DNA from: Octopus bimaculoides | Taxonomy: Eukaryota | NCBI RefSeq assembly: GCF_001194135.2 | Contig: NC_068986.1 | Coordinates: forward strand, 113,851,992 to 113,915,991 | Length of the DNA stretch: 64,000 bases | Reading direction: 5' to 3' | In this document: positions 63,161 through 64,000 of the stretch, in pieces | Layout: every line of letters starts with the position of its first letter | Position numbering within the stretch: the stretch's first letter is position 1 | The notes under the pieces: generated by a model | Told to the model about the DNA's origin: nothing | The model's database searches: none | Seen by the model: the letters and a program-made list of their open reading frames with translations, nothing else | Program-made: the position numbers and the translations under genes

Positions 63161-64000
63161 GTATGTATGTATGTATGTATGTTTGCATGTATGTATGTGC
63201 GATTTCATTTGTGTGTGTATCTATGAGTGTGTGTGTGAGCTTGTGCATATCTGCCAATTAAAACTATGAAAATTAAAACCGAATCCAGGAATAGAGGAAT
63301 GAGGGAAATTGAGAGGAATTATAGACTCCATGGAAGGAGTATTGTGTGTGAGTGGGGGCGTTGGGTGGTGGTGCAGGTTTAATACAATCACAGAATGGAT
63401 GAAACGGATGAGAGAGTGTAAGAGGGAAAGAATGAAAGAAATTGAAAGAGGAGAATGAGTGGCAGACATATAGAGAACAACGGGGAAGACGGTGGAAGTG
63501 ACAGAAAGAGAGAAGGAATGACATAAAACATGGCCACTATAATAACAACAACGACGATGACGACAACAACAACAGTACAACAATATGAAGAAATGAAGAA
63601 TTGTGATGGGAAGGAAACTATAATCGTTCACCAAATCAAATTGTAAAACACAGAGTATTGTATGACACATATACATACATACATAGAGGCATAAAGAGAG
63701 CGCTTACACCACAAACTGAGACACATAGAAATATGGCGGAGAAATACAGATTACTTAAACACGATGCCCAGAAAGACAAAGATTATAGTACAGATATATC
63801 GAACTACACAGGATGTACAAAGAAACACAAAGACCATGGATGACTTAAACATATATAGGCATCTTCGAAATCATATACGCATCCACTTATAGTTTTACTT
63901 AGAATATACTCCATTGTAATACAAGTCACTGAAAGAAATAGTAAAACATGTATAGAGTATTGTATGTACACGCATATATATATATATGTGTGTATGTATA

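Overview
AT-rich, microsatellite-saturated eukaryotic genomic DNA with nine N gaps. The SINE/LINE repertoire and repeat style look like coleoid cephalopod (Octopus-like) non-coding DNA; this is inferred, not database-checked. I find no intact or recognisable host gene, and no rRNA, true tRNA gene or CRISPR array. Almost all long ORFs in the track are microsatellite or N-gap artefacts, or decayed transposon fragments. The window is mostly mobile DNA: many 5'-truncated RLE-type (R4/Dong-like) non-LTR retrotransposon pieces, tRNA-derived SINEs of at least two superfamilies (several with clean TSDs), Penelope-like fragments with hammerhead-like motifs, and pogo and mariner remnants. The most interesting observations are: (1) one RLE-LINE subfamily always sits in (ACAT)n/(AC)n tracts while the others sit in (TAA)n; (2) a minimal hammerhead ribozyme motif at 41749-41783; (3) a ~490 bp spacerless palindrome at 58.9-59.4 kb; (4) an Alu-like dimeric SINE present twice; (5) a SINE-anchored inverted duplication of unique flank between 18.7 and 38.2 kb; (6) a lone CpG-rich island at 29.4-30.0 kb with strong minus-strand splice donors, possibly a promoter/first exon.
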